Source of the DNA: Antedon mediterranea
Taxonomy: Eukaryota > Animalia > Echinodermata
Assembly: GCF_964355755.1 (NCBI RefSeq)
Contig: NC_092679.1
Span: forward strand, 6,974,201 to 7,038,200
Reading direction: 5' to 3'
DNA length: 64,000 nt
In this document: positions 25,901 through 40,900 of the stretch, piece by piece
How positions within the stretch are numbered: the stretch's first letter is position 1
Layout of the letters: each line of letters begins with the position of its first letter
Position numbers and translations under genes: made by a program
The notes under the pieces: model-generated
Databases searched by the model: none
Seen by the model: the letters and a program-made list of their open reading frames with translations, nothing else
Told to the model about the DNA's origin: nothing

Positions 25901-28900
25901 GACGCGCGGTGTTTGTGTTACATACCTAAACCTACATACCCAAACTTTTATCGGTGTTGTGAGGAAAACAAATACTGTTAATATAATTGTGTAATTGTCA
26001 AAATGTAAAAAGAATATAAGACTGAAAAATAACAGGAGGCCTAATAAACTACTCAATTTATTTAGTCATGAAAATGACAATTAAAATACATTTATGTAAT
26101 ATAGATTTGTATAGATTTATTATGTAGCATTTGTTTTTAATACTATACTCACTGTCAATTGAACGTGATCCTGTTGTTACTTCTAGTTTAGTGCTGTAGC
26201 GGTTGTCTTTCAGAATTAAAAAAAAATCAAATATATTTTACTGAATGTCATAATGCACGACTAAGGGCGCAGTGTGTTGGACGTTTGACGCATTGCTTGT
26301 ATCCAATAAGGCGAGATACTTTACATACATTTGCACGAGCTTTCTGTGACATCTCTAAGAGAATGTAATTTTAACAAGTACAGTATTCTAAATATCAACT
26401 TACAACAATTCTCCTCATCTGAATGGTCATTACAGTTGATGACGTCATCACATTTATTGAAAGCATTAATACATTGACCATTGAGACATCGAAATTCAGA
26501 TTCACTGCACTCACGGACATCTGCAAAGACAAGAATTGTATAATGTTATTTATACCAGTACTGTGGGCTAGTTTAATATAAGTATCAATGCGACCAATGT
26601 GTTGATAATGATAAGAGTCATTATTACTGCACTTATTCCGCGAGGAAATTGAAGTTTAATCCAATAACTAATGCCTTTTTAATCTGACGTGATGCTTTAT
26701 AAAACAAGTAGACGTAAGCTGCACAATTGGGTGGACCACGATACAACTATCCGCTCTATAAAACCAAATAAATTTACCAAAGTGTTTCCAAATGTTATAA
26801 TGAACTTACAACAATTCTGCTCATCTGAACCATCTTCACAATCATAAATACCATCACATATGTAGTTTCCCACAATGCATCCACCTGGACAGCGAAATTG
26901 GAACTCGTTACATTCATCAGCAGCTGCAAATTGAAGAAAAATACTGTTTTAAAATTCTTTTACCAATAAAAACGATTTAAGTTTGTTGGGAAGATAATAT
27001 TTTATTCAAAATATCAATACTAATACCAATACTAATTGGTCTGATATTCTGTCGTATTTTGCATAAGAACACCCACTATTCCACCTCGGATGGATGACAC
27101 TTATGACCTGTATCACTTGTCTCTTAATAGAGTATAAATAAAACATCTCCCAAAATACCTTTCTTTATACGATTTTACAATATCGATACATTGACATTAA
27201 GACAAAGGACAAAACTGTATCAAATTAAATTGGAAATGAACTTACGACAATTCACCTCATCTGAAAAATCAGAACATTCATAAGTACCGGTACACACAAA
27301 GTATTCTGCAATACATTGAGCATTTTCGCATCGAAATTGATATGCATTACATTCATGATAATCTACAAATCGAACAAATTGAATAATTATATAAGTTCTT
27401 AGATTATAAGCAAATTATTTTCACAAAAAAGATGAGATATTTCTCAATATCTAAACGAACGAATATCTAAATACGTACGTAGCGTACGGTACACATTAAA
27501 CAAGAAGAAAGAGCAACCATTACGGTATAGACCCTGACCATTTTCCTATCATTACATGATCAATTTTTTTCACGTGGCACAGGCTTAACATGTAAAGCTT
27601 GGTTCCCACTAGAACGCAGCGCAATGACATGAGTAATTTAACAAATCACAAGCTACCAACTATTAATCATCCAAGCTTAGGCCTACTATACGGCCCTGGT
27701 TAAGTACAGACATCGGCAACCCTCAAGACAAAATAACTACACCTACTGCACATAAATTCATCCGATCCATCATCACAATGTTCAATTCCATCGCATATAA
27801 AGGCCTTCGCTTTACATTCACCACTTAAACATTGGAATTGTTGATCATTACAAACATACTGCGCTGTAAAAAAAATATTATGCAATTTAATATTATCATG
27901 ATCATCTAACAGCGACCTAAAAAGCAAGTGTGAATACACGCGTTTCATAATATGACTCGGGACAATGATTGCGGCTGACAAATTCAAAAACCTAATTTTA
28001 ATGATTCACATATAAACAATTGTTTAAAATTATAGTTTATTGAAATAAAAGTAAAGGAGGTTTCGTTTCGTTTCGTTTCGTTTATTTAACAATTCTCTAC
28101 ACATACAAAAAAATACAAGATGTTACATAGTAAAAAGCATGTGCAGAAGGAAGCCTAGATAAGTTTTTTATTACAAACAAATAAACTTTAAGCCTAGACT
28201 TCCTGCAGTAACTTACAAACAAAATAACAATGGTTAGGACAAATGAAAAACCATATATACCAATATAAAAAAACAAAAACAAAATTAATAAAAATAATAA
28301 AGTGAAAAGAGAAACCCCAAAAAGAAAAAAGCGAAACACCGGACAGACCAGGACTTATATCAGTCGAGCTCATAAAAAGACATTTAAAAAAAACCGTTAG
28401 TAAAGAAAGATTTACCAGAATTTAAATTATAATAGTATATGACTTTCTATGGGATAAAAAAGGAGAAAAAATAAAAAGGTCAACACTTATAAATGAATAT
28501 TGTCATGGTGGAATAAAGGCACCGGATCTAAGATCGCAGGTGCAAGCATTACAAATATCATGGGCTAAACGTCTCTTTAACGACGAACCTTCAAAGTGGA
28601 AATACTTACCGACTATGTATTTAAATAATATCGGACCTCTAGATGTCCTTGAAAATATGTCTCACTATAATATAAAATGTTGTAAAGGTGTACCTAGTTT
28701 TTATCTAGATGTATTAAATGCATTAACTAAATATAATGAAATTGTATTAAAATGGCCATCAGGCTATGATATTAGAACAAAAAAATTTGGGGAAATAAAT
28801 TTATAAGTTATAACAGCCTATCACTACTGTATAGAAACTGGATCAGATCCGGTATTAGAAAAATAAAAGATATTGTTTTTGGTAATAGATTCATTAATTC

Positions 28901-31900
28901 GAATATGTTACTTGGAATTCTAATTTCAAAATCAAATTGGATAGCAGAATTTCACACATTACTACAAGCCATTCCACAAGAATGGAAAGACGTTATTAAG
29001 TCAAAAAATGAAAATACAATACAAGACAAGATTGAGTCTGCTACTAAATTATGTAAAATAACAAGTAAGCAAATGTATAACTGTTTTATTAGAAAAAAGG
29101 TATAGAACCAAAATGTCAAATAAAATGGCAGTTGTATTTTTATACTACAATTGATTGGAAATTAGCCTGGGAGCGTAAAATAAAATTAATTAAGGAAAAC
29201 AAGCTCAAACAAATTAACTTTAAGTTACTATAACATAGAATTATGCCAACTAGAAAGAGGTTATGTATATGGAAAATTGTAAACACAAACAAATGTCTAC
29301 AATGCGACTGTGTTGAAGATGATGCATTTATTTTTTGAATGTGCCGAAGCAAATCAGTTGTGGCTTTACATAAATGAGCATACAATAACTAAATTCAATA
29401 TCGAGGCAAATTTCAAAAATATAATACTTGGCACTGGAAATACATATAAACCTTTCAAACCTTTCAATTCACATTTATTTACTCATCGTTTATAAATACA
29501 GTTTCATAGCATAAATGATGGCAAGGATCCTGCATAGAGAAGTTTACACTTCTGTTTTCGCAGGACCCTTTTACATAAAAAACATAAAACAATAAACACA
29601 ACATAATAGATACAAAATAAATAAAAAAAACATTCCTATATACATTTTAGAGTTGTTCATCATCAAAAAGCGATACTGTTTTTCTAACATGATTATTTAT
29701 ACATTTTGTCTTAAAAAAGAAGATATTCAGTTTATTACTTCCAGTACATGTGGATTTTTTCTATATATATTATAGCAAAAGTATGAATACATAATATAAA
29801 ACAGGCTATGTGTGTTTACTCGCACACACCAACACAAATGCATAATATATGCATCTATATTTTATGAGTGAAGCATTTTAAGTTCTGTAATTCGATAAAA
29901 TGTCTCTTTTTACATATTTTTTTAGTATTTTATAATTTTTGTTAACAATATCTAAGTGATTTCTACAGAGCTCGTTCCATAGTTTCGGTCCGTGAATACT
30001 GATAAAATGTTGACCAGACGTTAACCTAGAGTATGGTTGTTTTACGCTACAAATATTTCGAAGATTATGGGTAGTATTTTCGTTTCTTTTGAATATCATT
30101 TGGATTCGTCTGGGTAAAACATTGCTTTTAATCTGGGCCATGAAACCTAGGACGGTAACTCTGTTGATATCTTGTATGTTAAGTATATTTAATTGCTTAA
30201 ACAGTGGCTCAGAATGTTGCCATGGCTTTTTAAATAAAATTATTCTAGCAGCCTTTTTCTGGAGTTTAAGAAGGGATTCTAGTGTACTATCATATGTACT
30301 GCCCCAAATAATGTTTCCATACTGAAGGTGCGGTAGAATTAATGTATTATACAAATTTGTTAAAATATAATTAGGAAAAAAATGTCTAGTTTTTATCAAT
30401 ATTCCAATAGACCTAGCGGTTTTTTTGCTAATAAGCCTTATATGATTTTTCCAGCAAAGGTTCTCATTTATTACAACCCCAAGAAATGTTACATTTTTTT
30501 GTTGTTCTAAAGTAATGTTATTCATTTTCAATTCAATGTTGGTTGTAATAATACGCCTTTGGGCAGTTTTAAAGATTACGTAATTTGTTTTGCTGGTGTT
30601 TAATAAAAGTTTATTAGCCTTGAACCACATATTAATTCTATCTAGTTCCACATTCATAGTGTTTGCCAATGCGTTCAGGTTATTTCCACACTTGAATCCT
30701 GTTGTATCATCGGCAAAGCTAATTAATTCAATTTGTGTACTTGAGTTACATATATCGTTTACATATACAAGAAACAACAAAGGTCCCAAAACGGACCCTT
30801 GTGGAACACCAATACTAGTCTCTTTAATATTAGACGAAGTACCATTTATAAAAACATATTGCTTTCGTGATTTTAAGTAGTTACTGAACCATTTTAGTGT
30901 AACACCTCTTATACCATAGTGGAATAGCTTGTTCAGTAATATACTGTGGTCAATAATATCAAATGCCTTTGACAAATCCATAAATGTGGCAATTACGAAC
31001 TCTTTGTTTTCAAATGCCTTTAGTATTTTGTGGATCAGATCAATTATAGCGTGGGAGGTTGAATGATTGTTTCGGAAGCCGTATTGCCAATCATTAATAA
31101 TAATAATAATAATAATAATATTTATTCGGCAAAAGTTCATAAAGTACATTTTACAATTCATCTTGCCAGGAGCAAGTAATAGGCATGAGCCCAAACAGAA
31201 AACTGCTCTTACTCCATCATTACTTATAAAATACAAAAATAACAAAACTAAGTAGCACAAATTAAGTCAAAATAAAACAAAACAAAGTTATAATGAGATA
31301 CACCAATTAAAAATAAGCTGCATTGAATAAACAGTATAAACAATTACAACTTAATATTTTGAGATCAAATGTTTGATGAGTTGGGCTTTAAAGTCTGAAA
31401 TTGTAGCACATTGTTTAATTTCATTGGGAAGTTGCTCCCATAATCTAGGGAAAATAACAAACGATGAATTTAAAAATGTATTGGTCTTTGCCTTCCAATG
31501 TATTAACCGCCCTTCACACCTCTCACTTGATCTCACAAACTCATTAAAGGATGATGGACAGAGGCCATGCATTATTTTAAAACCTAATGTGAGTCTATAC
31601 ACTTTAAATATATCTTCAATACTTAAAATATTTAGGGTCTTTAACCTATATAAATATGAAGTGTCCCAATTTCCTTCTTTTCTGTGTACATAATTATTCT
31701 AGTGGCCTTTCTCTGAACCCTTTCAAGTCTATACATATGAGATATTTCAGTAGGTGCCCACATACAACAACAGTAAGTCACAACAGGTAGTATTAGTGCT
31801 TTGTAAAGATTTAGCATTGCCATCCAAGACATTGCTTTACTACATCTTGAAACAAAACCAAGAAGTTTGCTTGCCTTACTACAAACATAATCTACATGAG

Positions 31901-34900
31901 AGTGGCATGTTAATTTACTGTTGATATATACACCAAGTAGTTTGAATTCATGGACTCTTTCCGTTGAATCGGAATTGATATCGTAAGCAAATATGATGGG
32001 ATCTTTACACCTGGATAGGCCTAAACTCATTGCTGCACATTTTGATGCATTTAATGGTAGTTTATTTAAAACTGACCATTCATAAATCTTATTTAAATCA
32101 CTCTGTAACTTTATACAGTCTTCTAATTCATGAATAGGTCTTGAAATGGTATTGTCATCTGCAAATTGAAAAATTGAAGATTCTATACCATATTCAATAT
32201 CACTCACATACAATAGAAACAAAAGAGGGCCAAGAACTGACCCCTGGGGTACCCCTGATATTACATTCTTCCAATGCGATATTTCACCTCTATAGATAAC
32301 TCTTTGTTTTCTATTTAAAAGAAAATCCTGGATCCATTTATTTAAACCTTTGTTTAAGCCAATATTGTTAAGTTTCTTAATCAGACGATTATGGGGTACT
32401 TTATCAAAAGCAGATGAAAAATCTAAGAAAATTACATCTACTTGCTTACAATTTTTTGCGTCTAAACTTTGAGCCCATGAATGAAACGCCTTAGTGAGTA
32501 ACAATTCAGTACTATAAGCATGTCTAAAACCAAACTGATTATCTGATAATATACTATTAGCCTCTAAGAAATTATTGATTCGGGTACACACAAGTTTCTC
32601 CATAATTTTACAAACAATTGGTGTTAAAGACACAGGTCTGTAACTCTTAAAATCACCTTTAGGTTTTCCATGCTTTTTGAAAACAGGTACAACATTAGCA
32701 GTTTTCCACTGTTTTGGTAAAATGCCTTTTTCTAAAGATAAGTTAAAAAAGTCGCACAACAATCGTGCTAGTTCTACCCTACAAACCTTTAGAAATATGG
32801 GAAGTAAATTATCAGGTCCTGGAGATTTTGAAACAATTAAATAGTTTAATGCCTGATAAACTTCCATCACATTAAATTTCTCAAGTTCCATATAATGCTG
32901 AGGGATAATATCAGAGTTGCAGAGCAAGTCATCATTACCACCATCATCATTATTACTGAAATTACTAGAAAATTGATCATTAAACAAATTTGCTATCTCT
33001 CTAGCATCTGTTACTATAGCATCATTAATCTTAAAACTTATAACTTGTGAATCTTGTCTAATTGCCCTAATATATGCCCAAAATTGCTTTATATTTGAAG
33101 TAGCCTTATTTGAGATGTCTAGAACATAATTTCTGTGACTACAATATATGGCTTTTTTCAGTTCCTACTACGAAAGTAGGAAAAAAGCCACCCCTGTAAA
33201 AAGCCACCACTGTTAAAAGCCACCCAACAATGGACTATACCATTTCAAAATGGGGGTGCTATGTAATCAACTTGTATTTAATTGTGTGTTATGAATAGGA
33301 ATGTAGCATGAATTACATGTACAACATTTTATTAAATATAAATTTGGAATACTTAGGACTGACAAATGTAAACAAACGACACAAAAATAAGAATCAATTT
33401 TTAATAAACATGTATTCAATTTAATTTGAAATCTCCAAATAAAAAATATCACATAGTCCTTATACAATGAATAAGTATTGATATTATAAACATTCTGTCT
33501 AATTAAAAACATTACATTAAATTGAATGAATAAATAAATAAAGTACACAAAATTATATTTAATTATATCAGTTTAACATTTTTGAGAGATAATAATTGTT
33601 TTATATTTGCAAACACTGTACATTAAATACAAGACGTGGCATTGGTTGCAAGTTACTTTAATCGTATGGCATAACCTAGTGCAGTCATAGTTTGATATAA
33701 TGCTTTGGCCTGTCGGTTGTACTTAGAAATTATGTTATAGAGTTGCTCCTGGTGTTTAACTGTTGATTTGGTAATGCGTTTAGATGGCACTGGTTGTCCT
33801 CGCCTTACAAGTTCAATTAAAGTCGCTGAAGATGCTTCATCTCTTTTGACTGCATTGATTGATGACCAGATAGATGGGTTTGTATGACCAGTGTTGTTAA
33901 GATGCTTTCTATTCCAGGATTCACAAATGTTGTTTGTCCTCGGTTCACAGTTTAATGTCAGGTGATAAACGTTCCATAGGTGTATGTCAAACATTGGTGG
34001 GATCCTTCTGAATATGTGTTGTTTGCCTGGTTGTGCCATGTGATGCGAATATGTTCCGTTGACATAAGTTGTATCAAAGTAGTCAAGAAAGTCCTCTAAT
34101 ACTATACTTCAGGTGAATTTTCCCGTAGGTGCTGCATACCTTCTTTGACCTAGATAAAACAAAGATTATTTATGAGTAAAGTAGAATGATCAATGTTCCA
34201 GATAATTCTTAATTTGAAATCATGTAGGCCTAAGAGTCATTTTTATGTTTTAAAGTTATGGTGCTACAGTACGAATAAATGTTCAAATTAAATTGATAAA
34301 AGAAATCAAATAAAGGGACATGACAACATAGCTTGTAGAACAATTAGATAGAAAAAAGTTATTAAATCAATTATTAAAGCAATAAAATTATAAAGAACAA
34401 GTAAAAAATCACCATCTTGAAATGCATAATTCTATGTGAACGGAAGGTGGAAATTAAACAAATAAATATAAATAAAATATATTGTAAAGATAACATACCT
34501 TATCTGGAGGCAGGAAAGCGAGACCATCTACCATTCCACAGATGGTACATAACCTAGTAGTCTACATTGATCAACAATGGCAGTAAGAAATTGTTTGTAA
34601 TGTTCCTGCAATTTTGATGCAAGTAGCACATATACAGTTGTTATCGAATTGTCTTCTAACTCAACGCGAATCACATACAATTGCTTATAGAGTTTTGGGC
34701 TGGTTTTAAATGTTCCATCCATAAACCAGGTTGTTGAATTGCATAGGTGACGCAAACCATCTGAAGTTGCAAAAACTGTGACACGGTCATTATTACCAAT
34801 GATAGCATCATGGATTAGAAAGTCTCTGTCATCAACAGTTTTCATCCATTCACCATCAATGACTAGGTCTTCCAGCGATTGTGGCTGACCAGGATGACTT

Positions 34901-37900
34901 TTACTTCTTTTGATTCTGATGTTTCTTTTTAGACTTTTTGCACAAGTCATAGTAACACGAACATTGAGCGGTTGTTTGGCCATCTCATCAATGACTATCT
35001 GAGCTGGAGTTGCTCTACAAGTTGTGCCTTTATCCATAATACTATGTCTTGCTTTCTCTGCATGAGCCTTCATGATGTTAACTGCATGATTGTGTTCCGA
35101 TACATACTGCACTTCGGCCATATCGATGTCTGTCCGTAGTACACCTTTGCAAGCAAACTTTCTATGTGAAGAACACTCCCAAATTATCGAACTTCTGTTA
35201 GACTTACGTTTAGTATAAAGATAACCATCATAGCATAATTTGCGACCTCCCTTATTATTTGTAATGAACTCCATTTTGAAATGATTTGTATTTTGATAAC
35301 GTGCCTTAACATTACAATGGCATAACATGTATTATGAATCTTAACTAAGTAGGAAGTGTTTGATGTTTTGGCAGTGGCATTTGGAAGAGGTAACATGAAA
35401 AGTGTAGGCATCCCTTTGATTAGCTTTGATATTGTTTCTAAATAACACCTACACCCAAATTGCTATTCACAATAACACAATTAAATAAAAATTGATTGTC
35501 CAGCACTCCCACTTTACAATGGTATAGTCCATTGTTGGGTGGCTTTTTACAATGGTGGCTTTTTACAGGGGTGGCTTTTTTCCGATTTCCCCTACTACAA
35601 CACTTAAATCTATCTGTAGCTTCATTTGTTTTTAAAATCTTAGCCTTCCTATATAATTTTCTTTTCTTTGTACAAAGTTTCTTAATTTCTGTAGTAATCC
35701 ATGGAAATGATTTAGTCTTATTTCTTTTCTTAATAGGCACAGATTCAGAAATAGCCTTGTTTATATTGTTCATTATACTATCCCAAATATTATTAATATT
35801 TTCAAACATAAAACAATTTTCCCAATTAAAATTAATTAATATGCTTTTCATCTTTTCAAAATCTGCATTTTTTAGTGCATATACAGTTTTTGTTATAACT
35901 TTGTCACGTTGTTTTGATATCCTTAGACATATCTCAATTGCCTCATGATCACATGAGTCAAAATTGTTAATAATTTGACATTTATCAATTAAAAGTGGAT
36001 TACTAACAAAAGCCAAGTCCAAAAAGTGCCCATCCCCATTTCGTGTTACATAAGAAGGCTGATCTATTATTTGCACTAGTCCAGTTGCCATTGTTCCTTC
36101 TACCAAGCTTCCTGCTTGGGCGGATAAACCATTGTTCACATTCAAACAATTCCAATCAACATGAATATTAAAGTCGCCTATGAGTAATACCTGTTTGTAA
36201 TCAACAATCAATCAATAAAGGAATTTAAATATTGAACATTTGAAGAAGGCGGCCTATAAAACACTCCTAATAAAATTTTATCTATATTACTATGACATTC
36301 TATCCAAATCAGTTCAAGTGTATCAACATTGAGATCTGTGCATAAAGATGGATTTAAACATGTTTTACAAGCAATTAAACCCCCCCCCCCCACCCCTCCA
36401 TGAGAATTTCTATCCTTTCTAAAAATGGTATAATCATTGTTTAAAAGCTGACTATCATATACTGTGCTATCGAGCCATGTCTCTGATATAGCAATGACGT
36501 CATGAGACGAAGAAGAAAATCTAACATTGAAATCTAATAATTTGTTTTTCACACTTCTTATATTACAATAAGAATAAACTTAACATTTTACTTGATTTTG
36601 TGTTACATGAATTTACTATATTACTGCTATTATTACTAGAATCATTGTTTATATTAATATCATTTAATGTTATGTCATTATCATCAGCACTCTTCACCTT
36701 AGCTACATTTATTACGGCTTCATCTACTTTGCCATTTTTTCAGTGTTCAACTTGGCAAAATTTCGCTTTATGTCCTACTTGTTTACAAACCCAACACACA
36801 ACCGCTTTTTCATGTCTGCAAACTCGTCGTACATGCCCACTCTCGCCACAGAAATGACAATTTGCTACAGGCATGCTTTGATGATCTCTAGTGTGCGTGC
36901 TTCCAGTTCTTCATTAAGTATATTGTAAGTTTTAAAGTAATTATACAATCTGGAATGGACTATCTTTTCAAAGATTTTAGAGAAAATTGGTAGTAGTGAT
37001 ATCGGGCGATAATTCGAGGCTAAATGACGGTCCCCTTTTTTTGTATATGGGAATTACTTTTGCAATTTTTATCTGTTCCGGTATTGAGCCGGAGTGAAGA
37101 GATACGTTAAATATATAAGTCAAGGGCTTTACAATAGCATCACCAACTGCCTTGACTACCTTTGGTGAAATATCATCAAAACCAGGTGTTTTGTTTGCAT
37201 CAAGTGATTGAATCACTTTTAACACTTCCTCCTCATTTAGATGGTAGAAAAACATAGAGTTACTTTGCCTGTTTAGCAGGTAATCAGAGTATTGTGCCGT
37301 TGATGGCTCAATACTGTCTCGTACCTTGAGACCAACATTAATAAAATAATCGTTAATGTGGTTTGCAATAGGCTCACAACCCTCTATGAGTTTGTCACCA
37401 GATGTAAAAGTGGATGGAACATTATTTTTGCCTCCACCTGGATTTATAATATCATTTATAATATTCCATGTTTTTTTTTAATTTCCTTTAGTATTGTTAA
37501 AAACATTTTCATAATATGATTTCTTTGCCTTTTTGCATGTACGCATAAATGACTTATTAAACTCTTTATAAATATCCTTATTTTTAGACGAGGGATGTTT
37601 TATAAATTTGTTGTACAACACATGTTTTCTTTTGCTAGACTTTAAGAGTCTTGAGCTCATCCATGGTTGTTTGAACTTTTTATACTTTTTGTGATTTTCT
37701 TGAACTTTTTCTCTTTTTTTAAAGTTTTTATTATATAATTTTTTGAAAGTGTTGATAAAAGCATTGTAAGCATCATCAGGGTTTGTCCTTACATATACAT
37801 CAGCCCAATCAACAGGTAATAATAAGTCATTATATAGTTTATTTATATTTCTTTCGTTTATTGCATATTTATGAGGTTCTATATTACCGGTTTTTACTTT

Positions 37901-40900
37901 AATATGTTTGTCGGGCACGGAGTGGATAATTTGGTATACCGGTAAATGATCAGATATGGCTGAGATTAGTATACCAGATAACATTTGTTCAGAAAGTGTA
38001 TTGGAGAAAATGTTATCAATTAATGAAGATGTGTTGTTTTGTATTCTAGTGGGTCTTGAAATCGATGGGTAGAAGGAATGCGACATCATTACTTCTAGAA
38101 AATTATTTACAAAATCAGTCGATGCATGCTTAAGTAAATTAATGTTAAAATCACCCATAATGTGGCATGATTTTCCCTCGATATCAATAGTATTAAGAAT
38201 ATCGTCTAGTGATCTATTAAAAAGTTCTATATTCGAATCGGGAGGTCTATATATTATACCAACAATCGTATTGTTACATTTTTTTTCAATTATTTCAATA
38301 AAAATACATTCACAAGATTCAATAAATAGATCTTTTCGTTCTTTTATGTCAATTGTAGCAGAAACAAACATACCAACTCCCCCTCCTTTAAGGTTCTTCC
38401 TATCTAATGCGAGGAAGTCATAGCTCGGTAAATATGGTTTGCACGATGTATTATTTAACCATGTTTCCGATATACCAATAACTGTAAAGGGGTGGTTGAT
38501 TAAGTTTAGGTATGTAGTTAGTTCATCAATGTGTTTATTGATACTTCGAATATTATAGTGAAGAAATGAGTAGCCAATATTTTTTAATTTCCTCACAGAT
38601 TCATTCAAGTCATATGGACTCATATAAGAACATGTCTCAATAGCATTTAGCTTGTTTCTGAGACTATATTCAATGAATTCGTCATGGTCATTATTACCAT
38701 TATCAATAGATATTGGATTAAATAGTATATCCATTGGATTTGATATTTCGTTTTCATCACCGTTATTTTTATTGTTATCCATGCTTTGATTTTGTATGTT
38801 TATTGATTGCATTTGTCTATAAAAAACTATTTTAATTAATATAATTTATAATACTATGCTTATGTCTACTGCTTAATTTCAGTTACAATAACTTTCTGAA
38901 TTTGTGTTACCTTACAATTGTTGAAATTTGTGGTAACGTGGTCTACCTCTTCCTGTGTTAGCTTTTCTGCGAGATAGACCTAGAACGTTTTCAACTTTGT
39001 ATCTGACATTACTGGCCAATAGGCTGGTGCCTCCATCTGATAGATGGTATCCATCAGGTGCTAGAAGTGTGTCGACCAGCTCGCCGTTTCGTAAGAAGTT
39101 GCTATTGTCGCAGAATGTTAGGTTTGGTATTTTGTCTGTGCGTATCTTGTGCTTTATACATGAGTTTGCTATTTCAACTCTGAAATTTAGTGGGCCTGCT
39201 CGTGGTAAGCCAAGTGATATCAAACATTTAGTGTCTGGATGTTTTGTGGCATACTCACTGACTGTGTTGTATAGCGTTTCTGCGCACTTTTCTGGAGCTG
39301 ATTCCTTTACAGAGTTAGTTATTTCGTGGATTACTATACAGTCAAGTGTTTCGAGGATTTCATCGAGTGCATTTCCAATTTGGTCATTAGTGTATGCGTG
39401 TGTAATGCTTACATCTGCTTTTGGTAAAATACGACTTGCTTCGACTTTTTTTAAGTGCGAATTTCCTAAAAGTAATACAGATGGTTTCTTGCTTTCGTAG
39501 GCTCGATGTGTGTCATTATTTTTCATTAGACTTTCTGCATACGACAATTTCTGACTGTCTTTTTTTGAGTTAACAGTTTGGAAGTCTGATGCGTCGATGG
39601 CTACCTGGGTTCGTTTTGCTTCGTACGCGTACTCCCTTGCTTTTTCTGTTTCGTGTATTGCTGTCTGTAGTTTGTCCTGGAGATTTGTTATTTGTTTATC
39701 TTTCTGCAGGATCATATCGTTGTTTCGCTTGACATCTATGAAAGCATTAGCTGTTAGTTTGTTTTCTCTTTCTGTTTTATTGATTTTTTCTTTCATTTTT
39801 TCCATTTCTACCCTTATTTCTTGTAGGCCGGTAGCGTTTGGTTGTCTGTTGTTTTCTGTGTACTTTAGCTCCTGTCTTAGGAGTTTTATTTCAGCCTTTA
39901 GCCTACATATGTAGATCATGTGTTTTCAATTGGTTTGCTAAGCATATACAAAGCTAATGTATTAAAACAACTAAATAAATGGAAATATGCCTCAATTCAT
40001 CATCTCTTTATAAATGAAAAAAATATAAGAATATACATATTATCAATGCTATAAACAACAATTATGTATAAAAATAATGAAACGTATTACTTACCTGAAA
40101 AATTGTATAAATAAAAAAATGAATGTTCTTTTTGAAACAATATCCATAAGGTATAATATTATAAAGTTTACTTTAATGGATGTGCAATATTTATATACAG
40201 TAATATAAAAAGATTGTTTGTGTGCTGTCTTATTTCAACAACCTCTTCTATGATATTATTTTATTATATTATATAATAATAAATTTTGTATATACATTAA
40301 AGATTGAATGAATAAAGATGGGAGAGACCCATAAAAGAAAAAAAAAGAATTTAAATTATTTATGAATTAATCGTCATATGCAGTGATCAGTGCTTGATTA
40401 AGATTTAGTTTGAAACTAAATGGGGGTTTTGTAGTACATCAGTAGGCCTAAGCGATTCCTAAAACACTTTCTGAAAGTGTTGAGATTCCATTTATTTGTG
40501 GTCATAACATATTATTATTTTTGTCAAAATCAAGACAATGTGCATGTTACAATACTCACAACAGTTAATTTCGTCGCTGCCATCACCGCAATCGTTGTCT
40601 GTATCACATATATAACTTTTGGTTATGCATTTTCCCATCCGACATTGAAATTGTCCGGGGTCACATTCATTGCCTTTTGAAAAAGTACAAACATTAAAAT
40701 TCCAAGTAGCTCTGTGCTTATCTTGTGGATATTTCATCGTGTTACCGTATGTGAGGTATGTATTTTTGTTTGGTTCAACTTTTGTTTTGTTGTTTGAAAT
40801 GTTATGAATTTAGACCTAAAAACTTGAAAATATCATTATTGTAATACACTTACCAGTGGCATAATATAGGCCGAGAAAATAGAAAACAAATCTCAATGTC

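Larger units (their letters stand above)
29448..39903 (-). mobile_element. L2/CR1-group LINE with coiled-coil + SGNH-esterase ORF1 and APE-RT ORF2 (split by an inner LINE)
   Basis: ORF1 38912-39903 (LLLGNSH...DGYH); APE 37478-38812; RT 29878-31097; 7-bp TSD tacatat at 29441-29447 and 39904-39910. Confidence 0.9.
28431..40345 (+). mobile_element. 5'-truncated Tx1/L1-type LINE (pieces 28431-29447 and 39911-40345)
   Basis: [28 protein letters not shown] and C..C...HLFFEC motifs; poly-A tail; 14-bp TSD agaatttaaattat at 28417-28430 and 40346-40359. Confidence 0.85.

Noticed and set aside
29878-31260. 460-aa ORF as an intact protein with a signal-like N-terminus and poly-Ile
   Set aside because: Chimera of the inner LINE 3' UTR/(ATT)n tail read into the outer LINE RT
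38955-39914. Plus-strand ORFs of 181 and 105 aa
   Set aside because: Antisense shadows of LINE ORF1
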